Virus record (IMG/VR): IMGVR_UViG_3300034106_003149
Coordinates: 1-34,919 of that record
Direction: 5' to 3' (one strand)
Length of the DNA stretch: 34,919 nucleotides
From: a virus
Lineage: Duplodnaviria; Caudoviricetes
Below the pieces are notes generated by a model. That model did no database searches, was not told the origin of the DNA, and worked only from the letters and a program-made list of their open reading frames with translations. Positions 18,269 to 27,150 of this stretch are shown here, one piece after another (positions within the stretch are counted from its first letter, which is position 1; each line of letters starts with the position of its first letter). Position numbers and translations under genes: made by a program.

Positions 18269-18482
18269 AGGCTTCCTCCAATTGGGCGAGAGCGTCAACA
18301 TCGGCAACCTTGCTATCTCGCAACCAGGCCCGCCGCTTGCCTTGGGCGGCATCGTCGCAAAAAATGATTTGAAGTCCCGCGCTGAACGGCAACTCTTCGG
18401 TGATCTCGCGCCAGCCCCAGCCGGTGGCTTTGGCAATGCGGTAAACATATCCAGCCAACCAGCCGGGGCTGTTTAGTTTCCC
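18249..18482 (-). CDS. tail assembly chaperone, -1 frameshift extension (gpT-like)
   Basis: Frame is open from the slippery heptamer G GGA AAC (18482-18476) into ...WLAGYVYRIAKATGWGWREITEELP... Confidence 0.75.
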   Translation of the reverse strand, partial: GKLNSPGWLAGYVYRIAKATGWGWREITEELPFSAGLQIIFCDDAAQGKRRAWLRDSKVADVDALAQLEEAFAKVQI

Positions 18483-18877
18483 CCTGCGGAACCTTTCGCG
18501 CCCAAGATTTCACTTGCGCTCGCTGCGTAGCGTCGGAACGCCGCATTCATTCCTGCGGCGATCTCGCCAGTCTGAAGGTGATGGGAAATGTTCTCATCGA
18601 TCCATTCATCCACCGCTTCGGCAAACTCCGCCTTGTCGTTCACGACGGCGCGGATTTCGGGCTTTGGTGCCGAATGGAGATAGGCAAACGCACAGGTCTT
18701 CCAGATCAAATCCTTGACATCGGAAAACACCTCGTTGCGCTGCATCCACGATACCGAGAGTGCGGTGATAGGCCGAAGCTCAATCCCTGCAACTTTTGTC
18801 GACCCATCGGCCATGCCTTCTTCGCGAAGGATTTCATCGTCCTTCACGAGTTCAATGTTTTGGTTTTTTCTTTTCAT
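18473..18877 (-). CDS. tail assembly chaperone (gpG-like)
   Basis: 134 aa between the tail tube and tape measure genes; ends GGG GGA AAC TAA. Confidence 0.75.
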   Translation of the reverse strand: MKRKNQNIELVKDDEILREEGMADGSTKVAGIELRPITALSVSWMQRNEVFSDVKDLIWKTCAFAYLHSAPKPEIRAVVNDKAEFAEAVDEWIDENISHHLQTGEIAAGMNAAFRRYAASASEILGAKGSAGGN

Positions 18878-18880
18878 AAA

Positions 18881-19321
18881 TTATTTTTTACAAACCTTGG
18901 ATTGCCCCGTAGTCGCTGATGCGTCCGCACCCTTGATGCCCCGAACCCCCTTTTTCCCGTCTTTCCCTTGTAGCTTTTTCGCTGCTGCTTTTATCTTTGC
19001 GCCGCTTGTCGCATCAGGCCGCGCTGAATTACTTGATCCAGATATGCGTTGATTTATTTTCTGAATTTGCCAATCAATGTATTCAGAAATATCTTTTGCA
19101 TCTTTTTGTTGAATTTTTAATTGTTCAATTTTTTCTTTATATTCAGGCGAAAGCGGCAAGCATGGATCGTTTTGAGCTGCATTCTGGAGGCCCTGCAATT
19201 CAGCTCCAATGTTTTCAATGCCGGCCGCAATTTTTTGTTTCTTTTGCTTTAAAGCCTCAAGCTGAAATTTTAAGGTATTAAGAAAATCGTCCGGCCCTGG
19301 ATCAACGCCGTTCATAGTCAC
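18881..19321 (-). CDS. hypothetical coiled-coil protein with Lys-rich C-terminus
   Basis: 146 aa, coupled to its neighbours; AT-rich core. Confidence 0.55.
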   Translation of the reverse strand: MTMNGVDPGPDDFLNTLKFQLEALKQKKQKIAAGIENIGAELQGLQNAAQNDPCLPLSPEYKEKIEQLKIQQKDAKDISEYIDWQIQKINQRISGSSNSARPDATSGAKIKAAAKKLQGKDGKKGVRGIKGADASATTGQSKVCKK

Positions 19322-19731
19322 AGTATTTTAGCAATCTGCGCCTTATCCTCTTCGGTTGCATCCTCACGAACTGCGATGCGTTTCCCATTGCGCTCGATCA
19401 CGATGTGTCGGGGTGTGCCGCGAATGATGTCCACCAGCGCATCGCGGTTGGCGGCGTAGGCTCGCAAGTAATTAACGAGATGTTCAGGATCGCGCTTCTC
19501 CAAGTCTTCCCCACCCTTCGTCATCCAGAGCAAAATTTCTTCAGCGTGATCGCCTTTGTCATTGGTAGAGTTAAACCAGAAAACCGTGGATTCCTTCTTA
19601 TCGGAACGAATCGTGCGCGTGACGGGGTTTGGGTATTTAAGCCCAAAGCCAAGCGTGGCAAGGGCAGTGGCGGCTTTAAGGTTTGCCGTCCAAACAAATT
19701 CCTCTTTCGTGTTTATTGTCTCTGTAATCAT
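19318..19731 (-). CDS. hypothetical tail-region protein
   Basis: 137 aa ATG ORF downstream of the tail tube gene. Confidence 0.65.
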   Translation of the reverse strand: MITETINTKEEFVWTANLKAATALATLGFGLKYPNPVTRTIRSDKKESTVFWFNSTNDKGDHAEEILLWMTKGGEDLEKRDPEHLVNYLRAYAANRDALVDIIRGTPRHIVIERNGKRIAVREDATEEDKAQIAKIL

Positions 19732-19792
19732 ATTCTCTAAAAGCGAGGCAGACTTTTTTCAAGCCGGTCTGCCAGCGGCGCGTCGCCGGAAA

Positions 19793-20164
19793 TTACAGGC
19801 TCGGGTATTGAGTCGCCTCAATCGTCACTGTGCGGAACGCATCGCTGCCAGATTCGGCAGAAACGCTATCAACAACGATCTTCCCGCCAGTCACGCCATG
19901 TGCAGTGGTCGGGTTGGCGAGGGTCAAGAGTCCTCCAACAGAAGCAGTGGCAAGGCCGGACGATCCATTGATCGCACCGGAAACAGAAATGGTAGCGGTT
20001 GCCCCATAATACGAAACAGCAACAATGTCGCCGTCCTCGTCCATTAGCTCGGATTTGGAGCTTTGAACGCTACGGGAGAAAGAAGAAAGGATGATGCCAG
20101 TTTCGGCGGTGGCGCCAAAAGTGACACCTGAAGCGGCGGAAGAAGTGATTACGGTTGCGGCCAT
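19793..20164 (-). CDS. major tail (tube) protein, putative
   Basis: 123 aa, Ser/Thr/Gly-rich and beta-type; follows the tail terminator-like gene. Confidence 0.65.
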   Translation of the reverse strand: MAATVITSSAASGVTFGATAETGIILSSFSRSVQSSKSELMDEDGDIVAVSYYGATATISVSGAINGSSGLATASVGGLLTLANPTTAHGVTGGKIVVDSVSAESGSDAFRTVTIEATQYPSL

Positions 20165-20179
20165 ATTTGGCCGAAAATG

Positions 20180-20665
20180 TCAACTCACAAGCGCGGAATG
20201 AACCCTGAGAGAAACTGAGCGCAAGAAGTGTCGCTCGGTAGTCTGGAGAGAAACCCCGCCATCGCGAATCACGCCGTAAACATAACAATACTGCGGGCGG
20301 ATGGAGTTAAGTTTGTCCACAATATTGTCCACATCGTAGGCAACGCACAGCACCTCAGCCCAAAGGCTTTCCAATACCTGCGGATCAGAATCGTCGGCTT
20401 GAATGGCTAAAGAAATGTCCACCGAGAATTGGAAGATTGCCGAGTTAATGATTGATTCTTGTTGGCGTGTTGCCTTGACGAAGCAGGCCGGAAGCGCGAT
20501 GGCATCGAAATTCTCGGCAGCGGTGACGGTGAGTGCTGTCCCGAGTTCAGCTTGAAGTGCCTGGATGAAGGCATCAGTGAGTGCCTTTTCAAGCGTGAGT
20601 GTCGTTGTTGCTGGCGGCTTGATTGGCTGAATTGGTTGCTGTGGTTCTGGAAAGAAAAGGCTCAT
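20180..20665 (-). CDS. tail terminator-like protein
   Basis: 161 aa; position between head closure and tail tube; 'LPACFV'. Confidence 0.55.
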   Translation of the reverse strand: MSLFFPEPQQPIQPIKPPATTTLTLEKALTDAFIQALQAELGTALTVTAAENFDAIALPACFVKATRQQESIINSAIFQFSVDISLAIQADDSDPQVLESLWAEVLCVAYDVDNIVDKLNSIRPQYCYVYGVIRDGGVSLQTTERHFLRSVSLRVHSALVS

Positions 20666-20970
20666 TTGTTTACATCCTCCAGTTGGAAATCCACGCTCAC
20701 GCCATCCTGCGCGAGTTCGGCGCTCATTACTCGGAATGGCGCGCCGGCCACCAGCACCCGATCCCCAAGCGAGATTGCCTGTGTCACCGAATTATAGGGA
20801 GCTGTCAGGGTCATCGCCACCGAGCCAAAAAAACCACCGTCTTGAAGTTGATTGTCTCGCCGGAATGTTGATCGGTTGGCCGTGAATGCCTGTCCGTTGA
20901 ACGAGCAGGATACAGGCAACTCGGCACTAACAGCAGCAAAATCAGCGGCAAAAATATCAAGCAGACTCAC
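20662..20970 (-). CDS. head-tail joining (head closure) protein
   Basis: 102 aa beta-rich, 'LGDRVLVAGAPFRV'; synteny. Confidence 0.6.
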   Translation of the reverse strand: MSLLDIFAADFAAVSAELPVSCSFNGQAFTANRSTFRRDNQLQDGGFFGSVAMTLTAPYNSVTQAISLGDRVLVAGAPFRVMSAELAQDGVSVDFQLEDVNK

Positions 20971-20985
20971 AAAAGGGACAGAGCG

Positions 20986-21675
20986 TCAAATCAACTTGCA
21001 CTCTTTGCAGAGCCGCTCGTATTCGCTACCCTTCACCGGCTTTTCTTTGCTGGTGTTGTGGGTGGCGTTTGACCAATGGATCACATCGGCCTTGATTGCG
21101 TGCGTGTATGGCGAGACATCTACGCCCCCGCAGTCGATGTAGCTTGGAAGTGTGGAATACTGGATTCCATGGCGCTGAAGTCCGTGATGAATCGCAAGCA
21201 TCGCCTCATGCCAATCACGGCCCGCCATGCCATCGGCCAACATGTCGCGTAGCCTGCCGGCCACATCGACGGCGAATGCACTACCCTCGGGGATTTTCAT
21301 CACCACAGGCGAGATGGTGGAAAGCCAAGGCGAGAAGGTATAATCGGTCAGGTCGAGCTTGCAGTTCACCGCGCAATCCATCTGCACCCAGGTTCCGCCG
21401 TGGCGGTAGAGTGTTTCAAGCGCGAAGTAATCACTCCAATGCGCGAAGCTGCCGATGCCGCCATTGGGAATATAGGCATGCGGATTGCCTGCGAATCCGA
21501 TCGGCTTCAGAATGTCTTTTGGCAGTTGCTTCACTTCCACGCCATCCGGCACGCCTTCCACTTTGCCTTGAGTCCACAGGATCACATCGTGTCCGTGATT
21601 TACTAAAATCGTGAGAGTTAGTTTTTCCATCAGCCCGAGCTTGGGGCCGATCCATACGGAATGCGTTGCGCTCAT
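20986..21675 (-). CDS. glycosyltransferase, DXD sugar-binding (GT32-like)
   Basis: 'HSVWIG', 'SFAHWSDYF..ETLYRHGGTWVQMD' match the GT32-type motif SD..R...LY..GG.W.D.D with substitutions. Confidence 0.75.
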   Translation of the reverse strand: MSATHSVWIGPKLGLMEKLTLTILVNHGHDVILWTQGKVEGVPDGVEVKQLPKDILKPIGFAGNPHAYIPNGGIGSFAHWSDYFALETLYRHGGTWVQMDCAVNCKLDLTDYTFSPWLSTISPVVMKIPEGSAFAVDVAGRLRDMLADGMAGRDWHEAMLAIHHGLQRHGIQYSTLPSYIDCGGVDVSPYTHAIKADVIHWSNATHNTSKEKPVKGSEYERLCKECKLI

Positions 21676-22838
21676 TGTCTTGAAAGAATTGTCAAGCCAT
21701 TGTTATGTTCGTAATGCTCGAAAAGCACCCAATGCGGATTGTCTCGCATGAATTCTTGAATGGCGAGATTGATGCCGGGGCCAAAATCCTCGCCGCTCAC
21801 ACCGAATGCCACGGTATCGTGGAAAGCGATATATTTCCTCGCTTGGTTGCCGTGTTTCTCAAGCTCACCTTTCACCTGTGCGTAGGTATGGAGCGTGTCG
21901 ACAAAGAGCATATCTGTCTCTTCGATCGTCGGCGCGTCGAGCGTCGAGCCATGTGCGAATGTCCAGTCGATTTCGATATGCGGTCGGATCGATGCATAAA
22001 GGTTGTAAGGATCGCCCAGATCATAGCTGCGAAGCGTGGCGCGGCTCTTATTGGAAAGCCCATGCATGAATGCGAAGGTGGACATCCCACTTCGCACACC
22101 AAACTCGGTGACATGGTTGCATTCGCGGGCGAGTTGCGCGAGCCGCAACAGGTGCGCGTGGATGTCGCTCTCAACGCTCCGGCATCGATTAAAAGTCTGC
22201 AAAAGCGGCCACATTTTCATAAATGTTGCGCCGCCGTAGGCATATGCCTCCTTGCTGTTCTGGTGTCGAACAATGGTATCTTCCGGCCTGCCGCCATTGC
22301 TTGGGTGATCATGGTTCCACTTTAGCCCTTTCACTTGAAGGATCGATGCCTCTAATTGTGTGCGCGCCGTGAAATCGTTGTCACAGAAAACGCCATAGAA
22401 GTCTGGATGGAAAATGTATCCTCTGCGGGAATAAAGCTCGCGAGAGAGAACAGGGTGGCACATCAAGCCATCATCGCGCACTGTATCCGGAACATAGCAG
22501 GCCCAAGGCAGTTTGCCAGAAGGAAGTTTACGAAGCTCATCGTCCCAGCCAATCGGTGGTGTGAGATCATCAGCGATCACGACAAGAATCTCGCCTGTTG
22601 AGAGTGCGGCAGCGGTGTTCCAATTCGCCACGCTCGATGATGCCCACTCTGGCGGCGGCACACTCACGCCATAATTCATGTCGCTAAAAGCCTTCATGCT
22701 ATCTTGATCATCGGCCTGTATGCCGAAAATATGCTCGATGTCTTCTGGGTGGCTTGCCCTTTCAAACCAGATTTTCCTTGTCGTTAGCGCGCGCACAGGC
22801 GTGCCACGGGTTGCGTGTAGTAGTGTTATTTTTTTCAT
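21672..22838 (-). CDS. GT-A glycosyltransferase fused to a class I SAM methyltransferase
   Basis: N-terminal HATRG...ADD...WD...FCDNDF; C-terminal EFGVRSGMST, FVDTLHTY, IAFHDT, NNGLTIL (Methyltransf_24-like). Confidence 0.8.
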   Translation of the reverse strand: MKKITLLHATRGTPVRALTTRKIWFERASHPEDIEHIFGIQADDQDSMKAFSDMNYGVSVPPPEWASSSVANWNTAAALSTGEILVVIADDLTPPIGWDDELRKLPSGKLPWACYVPDTVRDDGLMCHPVLSRELYSRRGYIFHPDFYGVFCDNDFTARTQLEASILQVKGLKWNHDHPSNGGRPEDTIVRHQNSKEAYAYGGATFMKMWPLLQTFNRCRSVESDIHAHLLRLAQLARECNHVTEFGVRSGMSTFAFMHGLSNKSRATLRSYDLGDPYNLYASIRPHIEIDWTFAHGSTLDAPTIEETDMLFVDTLHTYAQVKGELEKHGNQARKYIAFHDTVAFGVSGEDFGPGINLAIQEFMRDNPHWVLFEHYEHNNGLTILSRQ

Positions 22839-24511
22839 GTTGTTAATTTTTCAAAGATTGCTTTAGCGCGTTCACGCTCTTGCGGATCGCTGACACGGCG
22901 ATGCGTATCATCCACAGGAACACTCGGCTCGAAAGCAGGATGATGATGAGCGAAAACAATATCCCGCGCATCCACAATCGCGCCCGCCTTCGCCGCACGA
23001 ACGGTGAACTCGGCATCGCTGAATTGGTTTTTGAAGAGCGGGTTGAATAATGCGTGTCGATCATAGAATTTGCGCGTCACGATTGCCATTTGCAGCAACT
23101 CATCGGTGCGATGGCCGTCAGAAATTCGTAGGCACTTTTCTGACGAAATATCAAGACGATCAAGGATCATTTGATCCCAGCCCGGCGGGCATTCCCAATC
23201 GTCACTCATCTGGATTAGGATGTCGCCAACGCAATGCGATGCCGCCAAGTTCCAAGCGCCTACGGAACCGGCATCACCTTCCTGCGCCACGCCGCCAAAG
23301 CGTTGCAACTGCGCGGCGGTGGGATCATCTGCATCCACGGCAAAGATGTATTCGATGGCGGCAGGGTTCTTGGCGCGAGATAGCCACAGACTCATCGTTT
23401 GCACGGCTTGCATAGGCCTTCCCCTTGTCGCGTGAAGAATGCTGATCTTTGGGCCTTGTGAGCTATTGAGCAAATCCTGCTCAAGCGCGAAGGCTTCCTT
23501 GGCTTTTCCTGCCATGCGAAGCGCCCAAGCGCGAAGGCGCGTGGCTTTCCACCCATAGTATTCGGCGCGGTGCGTCCATTGCGGGAATGATGGCACGGGA
23601 ATCTTCTCCATGCGATCAAGCGCGGCGAGCGATTCTTTTGCCTTGCCTTGGTCGAGAAGAATTGATGCCTGCAACGCGATAGCTTCGCGGCGATTCGGAT
23701 CGAGCTTTTCGGCACTGGCGGCGAATCGCAGGGCCGTATCGCCATCCGTCATGTTGCTCATATTCACCATCGTCTCGTAGCGATGCACGGCATCCAGGCT
23801 TTTAAGCGCAAGAGATTCCGCGCCGTAGCGGATTGCCTGCTCGCGCTGGCCTTGGATCATTTTTTCGTAGTGCAGGTAAAACTTGATGTTCGGCGTGAAT
23901 TGATCGTTGAACTCAAGGATTCGCGTGTTTCGCTCATTGCTTGGGCGGCGCCCAAGCGGCGGCTTGTGGTGCGCGGTTTCGAGATCGCGGCGGCTCCAGA
24001 TTTTGATCGTTTTGGTTGGATGCATGTTCTCATGCACCGGTCTCCACCACCAGCCGCTCTTGTAGCGAAAGAATCGTTCCCGTGGCGCACGCTTGTGCTG
24101 CTCGGGGATCACATAGTCGGTAAGAATCCAATCGCAATCTTCTGGGCATTCTGTCAGCGCCTTCAGGTGCGGCTCGACTTGAGACTCTGGCAGGATGTCA
24201 TCAACATCAGCCCACATCACCCAGCCATCTTCGCCTGTAAGATCATAGGCAAGAGCGAACGCTTGATTGCGAGCGTTGGCGAAGTTGTCCAAGTGAAGCC
24301 AATCGGCGCAGAGTGGCGAGTTGCTGTATTTGGCGGTAACGCACCCAAGTTCCTTGGCAATGTCGAGAGTGCGATCTGGTTTGAGCGACCCTACAGCGCG
24401 AACGACAACGATCTCGTCGCAGATTTTCTTGTAGCTCTCAACGCATCGAGCGATGCGTTCTTCTTCGTTCCCTGCAATGAATGCAGCGACCAGTTTCTTT
24501 TTTTGGTTCAT
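22835..24511 (-). CDS. GT2 glycosyltransferase + TPR + second GT-A domain
   Basis: Start re-called at ATG 24511; NEEERIARC, FANARN, WADVDD, VHE (GT2); TPR-like 'LDPNRREA'; C-terminal HATRGR...SDD...FSDAEF. Confidence 0.85.
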   Translation of the reverse strand: MNQKKKLVAAFIAGNEEERIARCVESYKKICDEIVVVRAVGSLKPDRTLDIAKELGCVTAKYSNSPLCADWLHLDNFANARNQAFALAYDLTGEDGWVMWADVDDILPESQVEPHLKALTECPEDCDWILTDYVIPEQHKRAPRERFFRYKSGWWWRPVHENMHPTKTIKIWSRRDLETAHHKPPLGRRPSNERNTRILEFNDQFTPNIKFYLHYEKMIQGQREQAIRYGAESLALKSLDAVHRYETMVNMSNMTDGDTALRFAASAEKLDPNRREAIALQASILLDQGKAKESLAALDRMEKIPVPSFPQWTHRAEYYGWKATRLRAWALRMAGKAKEAFALEQDLLNSSQGPKISILHATRGRPMQAVQTMSLWLSRAKNPAAIEYIFAVDADDPTAAQLQRFGGVAQEGDAGSVGAWNLAASHCVGDILIQMSDDWECPPGWDQMILDRLDISSEKCLRISDGHRTDELLQMAIVTRKFYDRHALFNPLFKNQFSDAEFTVRAAKAGAIVDARDIVFAHHHPAFEPSVPVDDTHRRVSDPQERERAKAIFEKLTT

Positions 24512-24533
24512 GTCTAAAAGGGTTGGCTTGTCA

Positions 24534-24571
24534 ATAAAACAAAAAACCCGCCCTCTTGCAAGGGCGGGTTT
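24534..24571 (-). terminator. rho-independent terminator after the major capsid gene
   Basis: AAACCCGCCCT-TGCAAG-AGGGCGGGTTT hairpin followed by a T-run on the minus strand. Confidence 0.85.
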
Positions 24572-24598
24572 CTGCAAACAAAAACCAACTGTCTAAGC

Positions 24599-25558
24599 TT
24601 ACAGGCCAGTTGTGATGCGGATGATCGAGCTTCCGTCAACAACCTTCTCGGCCACATGCTGACGCACGCGGAGAACATTGCTGCGGCGGGCTTCGTCGCG
24701 ATAGGTTTCTGCCACGAAGGGAACCGGAGAATCAGCGCCCCACAGGATCGAGCGGCCAAATCCACCAGCGGCGAATTCGCCACCGGCGATGTAGGCAAGA
24801 GCCATGTAGGTATCGCCCCAGACAAATCCACCAGAGTAGGCTTGGCCCTTCTTGGCGGTGTTCTTGGGTGCGCGGCCAACGAGAACTTTCTCGACGCCGA
24901 CTGCCTGGGCAACTTCCTGCTCGGAGAGCAAGCGGGTGCTGTTGGTAGCAACAACGCCGAACATCTGGTTCTGAACTTTTGTGCTGCGGCGAACGCGCTC
25001 GAACAGAGTTGCAGACATGACGAGCGCATTGGGAAGCACGCCATACTTGGCGAGTTCCAACTTGCCAGCGGCCACATCGGCGGGAAGGTCGAATGTGGTG
25101 ATATTGGCCTCGGTGTAAGCGGCAGTCGAGCCAGTTCCAGAGATGGCAGTCAAGCCATTCGCGGCATAGGTGAGAGCGGCAACGCGGGCTTCGTGGCCGA
25201 TCTGAATTTGCGAGAGCAGCATGTCGGCAACGGCAACCTCGACATCGAGGAAGCGAGCCAAGTCGCGCTGCGTGGCATCAGGAAGGATTTCCTCAAGGCC
25301 GTATTCCGTGGCGGCAAAAGTGTCAGAGACAAATTTGCGGGACACGCGGGGATAGGCGCTGCCAGCGGCGATCTTCGTGGCATCGTCATTAAGAGCTTCG
25401 GACTGCCCAAGATTGATCTTGAGATATTCGCCGCTCTTCACGTCAGCTACGTAGATCGGCATGACTTCTGCGCCGATGAAAAGGTTTTGCTTATTGCTGC
25501 GGCCCTCGAAAACGGCCTGGGCAATGTCGCCTCGGATGGTGGTGGTTGTTAGTGCCAT
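24599..25558 (-). CDS. major capsid protein
   Basis: 319 aa after the scaffold and cement genes; AAGGA SD; followed by a strong terminator; lambda-E-like features (PNALVM, ETYRDE..RS.V.RVR). Confidence 0.85.
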   Translation of the reverse strand: MALTTTTIRGDIAQAVFEGRSNKQNLFIGAEVMPIYVADVKSGEYLKINLGQSEALNDDATKIAAGSAYPRVSRKFVSDTFAATEYGLEEILPDATQRDLARFLDVEVAVADMLLSQIQIGHEARVAALTYAANGLTAISGTGSTAAYTEANITTFDLPADVAAGKLELAKYGVLPNALVMSATLFERVRRSTKVQNQMFGVVATNSTRLLSEQEVAQAVGVEKVLVGRAPKNTAKKGQAYSGGFVWGDTYMALAYIAGGEFAAGGFGRSILWGADSPVPFVAETYRDEARRSNVLRVRQHVAEKVVDGSSIIRITTGL

Positions 25559-25577
25559 GGTATTGGTTCCTTAAAAA

Positions 25578-25931
25578 TTAGAGCTTGGGAGCGTATTCGA
25601 TCACGTCACCGGTTGCGCCACTATTGATCGCGGTGCCAAGGGTGAGAGCCGATGTAACAAGCGTGCCAACAATGACGCCGCCAGTGGTGGCGAAAACATT
25701 GAGTCCCGCAGTCACGGGGCCGGGAGAGACCAAGCCGAATTGGGTTGGGCTGAAAAGTTTCACGCTGCCGATGCCGGTAGCAGAAACATCTTCTTGAACA
25801 ACGCCGATTGCCTCACTCGCAGTGACGAGCGCGGCGGCTGCATTGTCGCCGGAGACGCGCACCAGCGTGTTTGCCGAAATCGCACTCGCGAAGGAGAACG
25901 AACGGAATGTATTGTCGATTTGTGTAGCCAT
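25578..25931 (-). CDS. capsid cement/decoration protein (DUF2190-like)
   Basis: 117 aa Ala/Gly/Thr-rich; 'AIGV', 'GTAINSGATGDVIE'; directly upstream of the capsid gene. Confidence 0.7.
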   Translation of the reverse strand: MATQIDNTFRSFSFASAISANTLVRVSGDNAAAALVTASEAIGVVQEDVSATGIGSVKLFSPTQFGLVSPGPVTAGLNVFATTGGVIVGTLVTSALTLGTAINSGATGDVIEYAPKL

Positions 25932-25936
25932 GATGA

Positions 25937-26812
25937 TTAGAGATTGGAGAGTTGGTTGGAATCGCGAAGAGCGATGTATTCGGCGGGATGATTGGTCATC
26001 GCGAATTTGATCGCGGCGGTCTTGCTGCCGAGTTCGGAAGTTTTCGCTTCGATGAGTGCCTTAAGGTCGAACTTCTCGACGGGCTTCTCTTCGGCGGCTG
26101 CGCTGCCCTTCATGGGAGCGGATCCGAAATTTGCGATGATCGTATCCATCTTAGCTTCAAGCTTGGAGATAGGAGAGGCAGATTGGCAGTTGCACATTTC
26201 GTCCTTTTTCTCTTCAGCCATTTTCTCTTCGGGCTTCTCTTCCATCTTGTTCTTGTAGTCGCCAAAGGCGGTCTCAAGAGCGGAGAGGCGGGAGAGGATG
26301 TCAGCGATATCGATCTCGTCTTCTTTGACGATCTCTTCAGCTTGGGTCTTTTCGTCTTCCATATTGGTGAGATTTTTGTCAACTGCCTTTGCCTCGAAAC
26401 TGAACAAGCCGGTAGGATTGGCGGCAGGGGTTTGGACGAGATCGGCGCTGTAAAGCTCTTCACATGATGCGAAGCGTTTGCCATCGATCTCGCGCACAGG
26501 GCCAGAGAAAGCGATCGAGATACCGAAGGTGTCTGGCAACTTCTCGGCGATTTCGAGAACATATTCCCGGCGCTCGGCGTTCTGGAGAAGGTTTAGATCG
26601 GCGACGAGTTTATCGCCTATGATGCGAAAATTGTCGCAGAATCCAACAATGTCTTTGATGCCCGCGCCGTGATCCAAGTTTACTTTCACACCGCCCGCGT
26701 AGGTTTCCGCGCAAGCCTTGACTTCGCGCAGGGTTTGAGCGTCCACGAAAAGGCCGTGGCCTTTGGCTTCGCCCACAGAAATAACAGAAACGCCTTCGAT
26801 GATGTCGCTCAT
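25937..26812 (-). CDS. prohead protease/scaffold protein
   Basis: N-terminal GEAKGHG, NLDH, FGISI, SADLVQTPAAN..GLF; acidic coiled-coil C-terminal scaffold region. Confidence 0.75.
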   Translation of the reverse strand: MSDIIEGVSVISVGEAKGHGLFVDAQTLREVKACAETYAGGVKVNLDHGAGIKDIVGFCDNFRIIGDKLVADLNLLQNAERREYVLEIAEKLPDTFGISIAFSGPVREIDGKRFASCEELYSADLVQTPAANPTGLFSFEAKAVDKNLTNMEDEKTQAEEIVKEDEIDIADILSRLSALETAFGDYKNKMEEKPEEKMAEEKKDEMCNCQSASPISKLEAKMDTIIANFGSAPMKGSAAAEEKPVEKFDLKALIEAKTSELGSKTAAIKFAMTNHPAEYIALRDSNQLSNL

Positions 26813-26831
26813 GCGAAGGCGCGAGTGTCAA

Positions 26832-26875
26832 AAGAAGAACCCCCGAATTACGCATTGTTAAGAGGCGCGGGGGTT
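26832..26875 (-). terminator. hairpin with U-rich tail downstream of RNA element copy 1
   Basis: AACCCCCG (26838-26845) / CGGGGGTT (26868-26875), then CTTCTTTT on the minus strand. Confidence 0.5.
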
Positions 26876-26887
26876 ATGATAAAGGTA

Positions 26888-27145
26888 GGTGCGATGGAGT
26901 CCAGGTCGCTCGGCTGCTCTATGTTTGTCCTTGGAGTAATAACGCACGAATGCGCCAAGTAGGGTAGGGGTCAACCATGCGGATGCCGTTCTACCTCCCT
27001 AGAGCTACGACCAATTAGCGTGCCGCCCTCAATGCCCCACCGCAAATTGTTTACCCTGCCGCGATGCTCTTCCGGACAACCAGAAGCCTTGCCACATCGC
27101 GCTTTTCAGTTCCGAGAACCTACTTCGTCCGGCATAGGAACGGGG
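26888..27145 (-). ncRNA. candidate structured ncRNA, copy 1 (two domains: 27054-27145 and 26890-27044)
   Basis: Intergenic; homologous to 29880-30158; nested stems, UUCG loop and G-U pairs on the minus strand. Confidence 0.7.
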
Positions 27146-27150
27146 AAAGA

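Noticed and set aside
18269-18448. N-terminal 60 aa of the 325-aa ORF as given in the track
   Set aside because: It overlaps the frameshift extension of the chaperone; a TTG start with GGAGG at 18268 is better supported
24656-25552. 298-aa plus-strand ORF opposite the capsid gene (also 23783-24517, 25952-26467, 31496-32203 and similar)
   Set aside because: Antisense shadow ORFs expected from biased codon usage; no motifs or start signals
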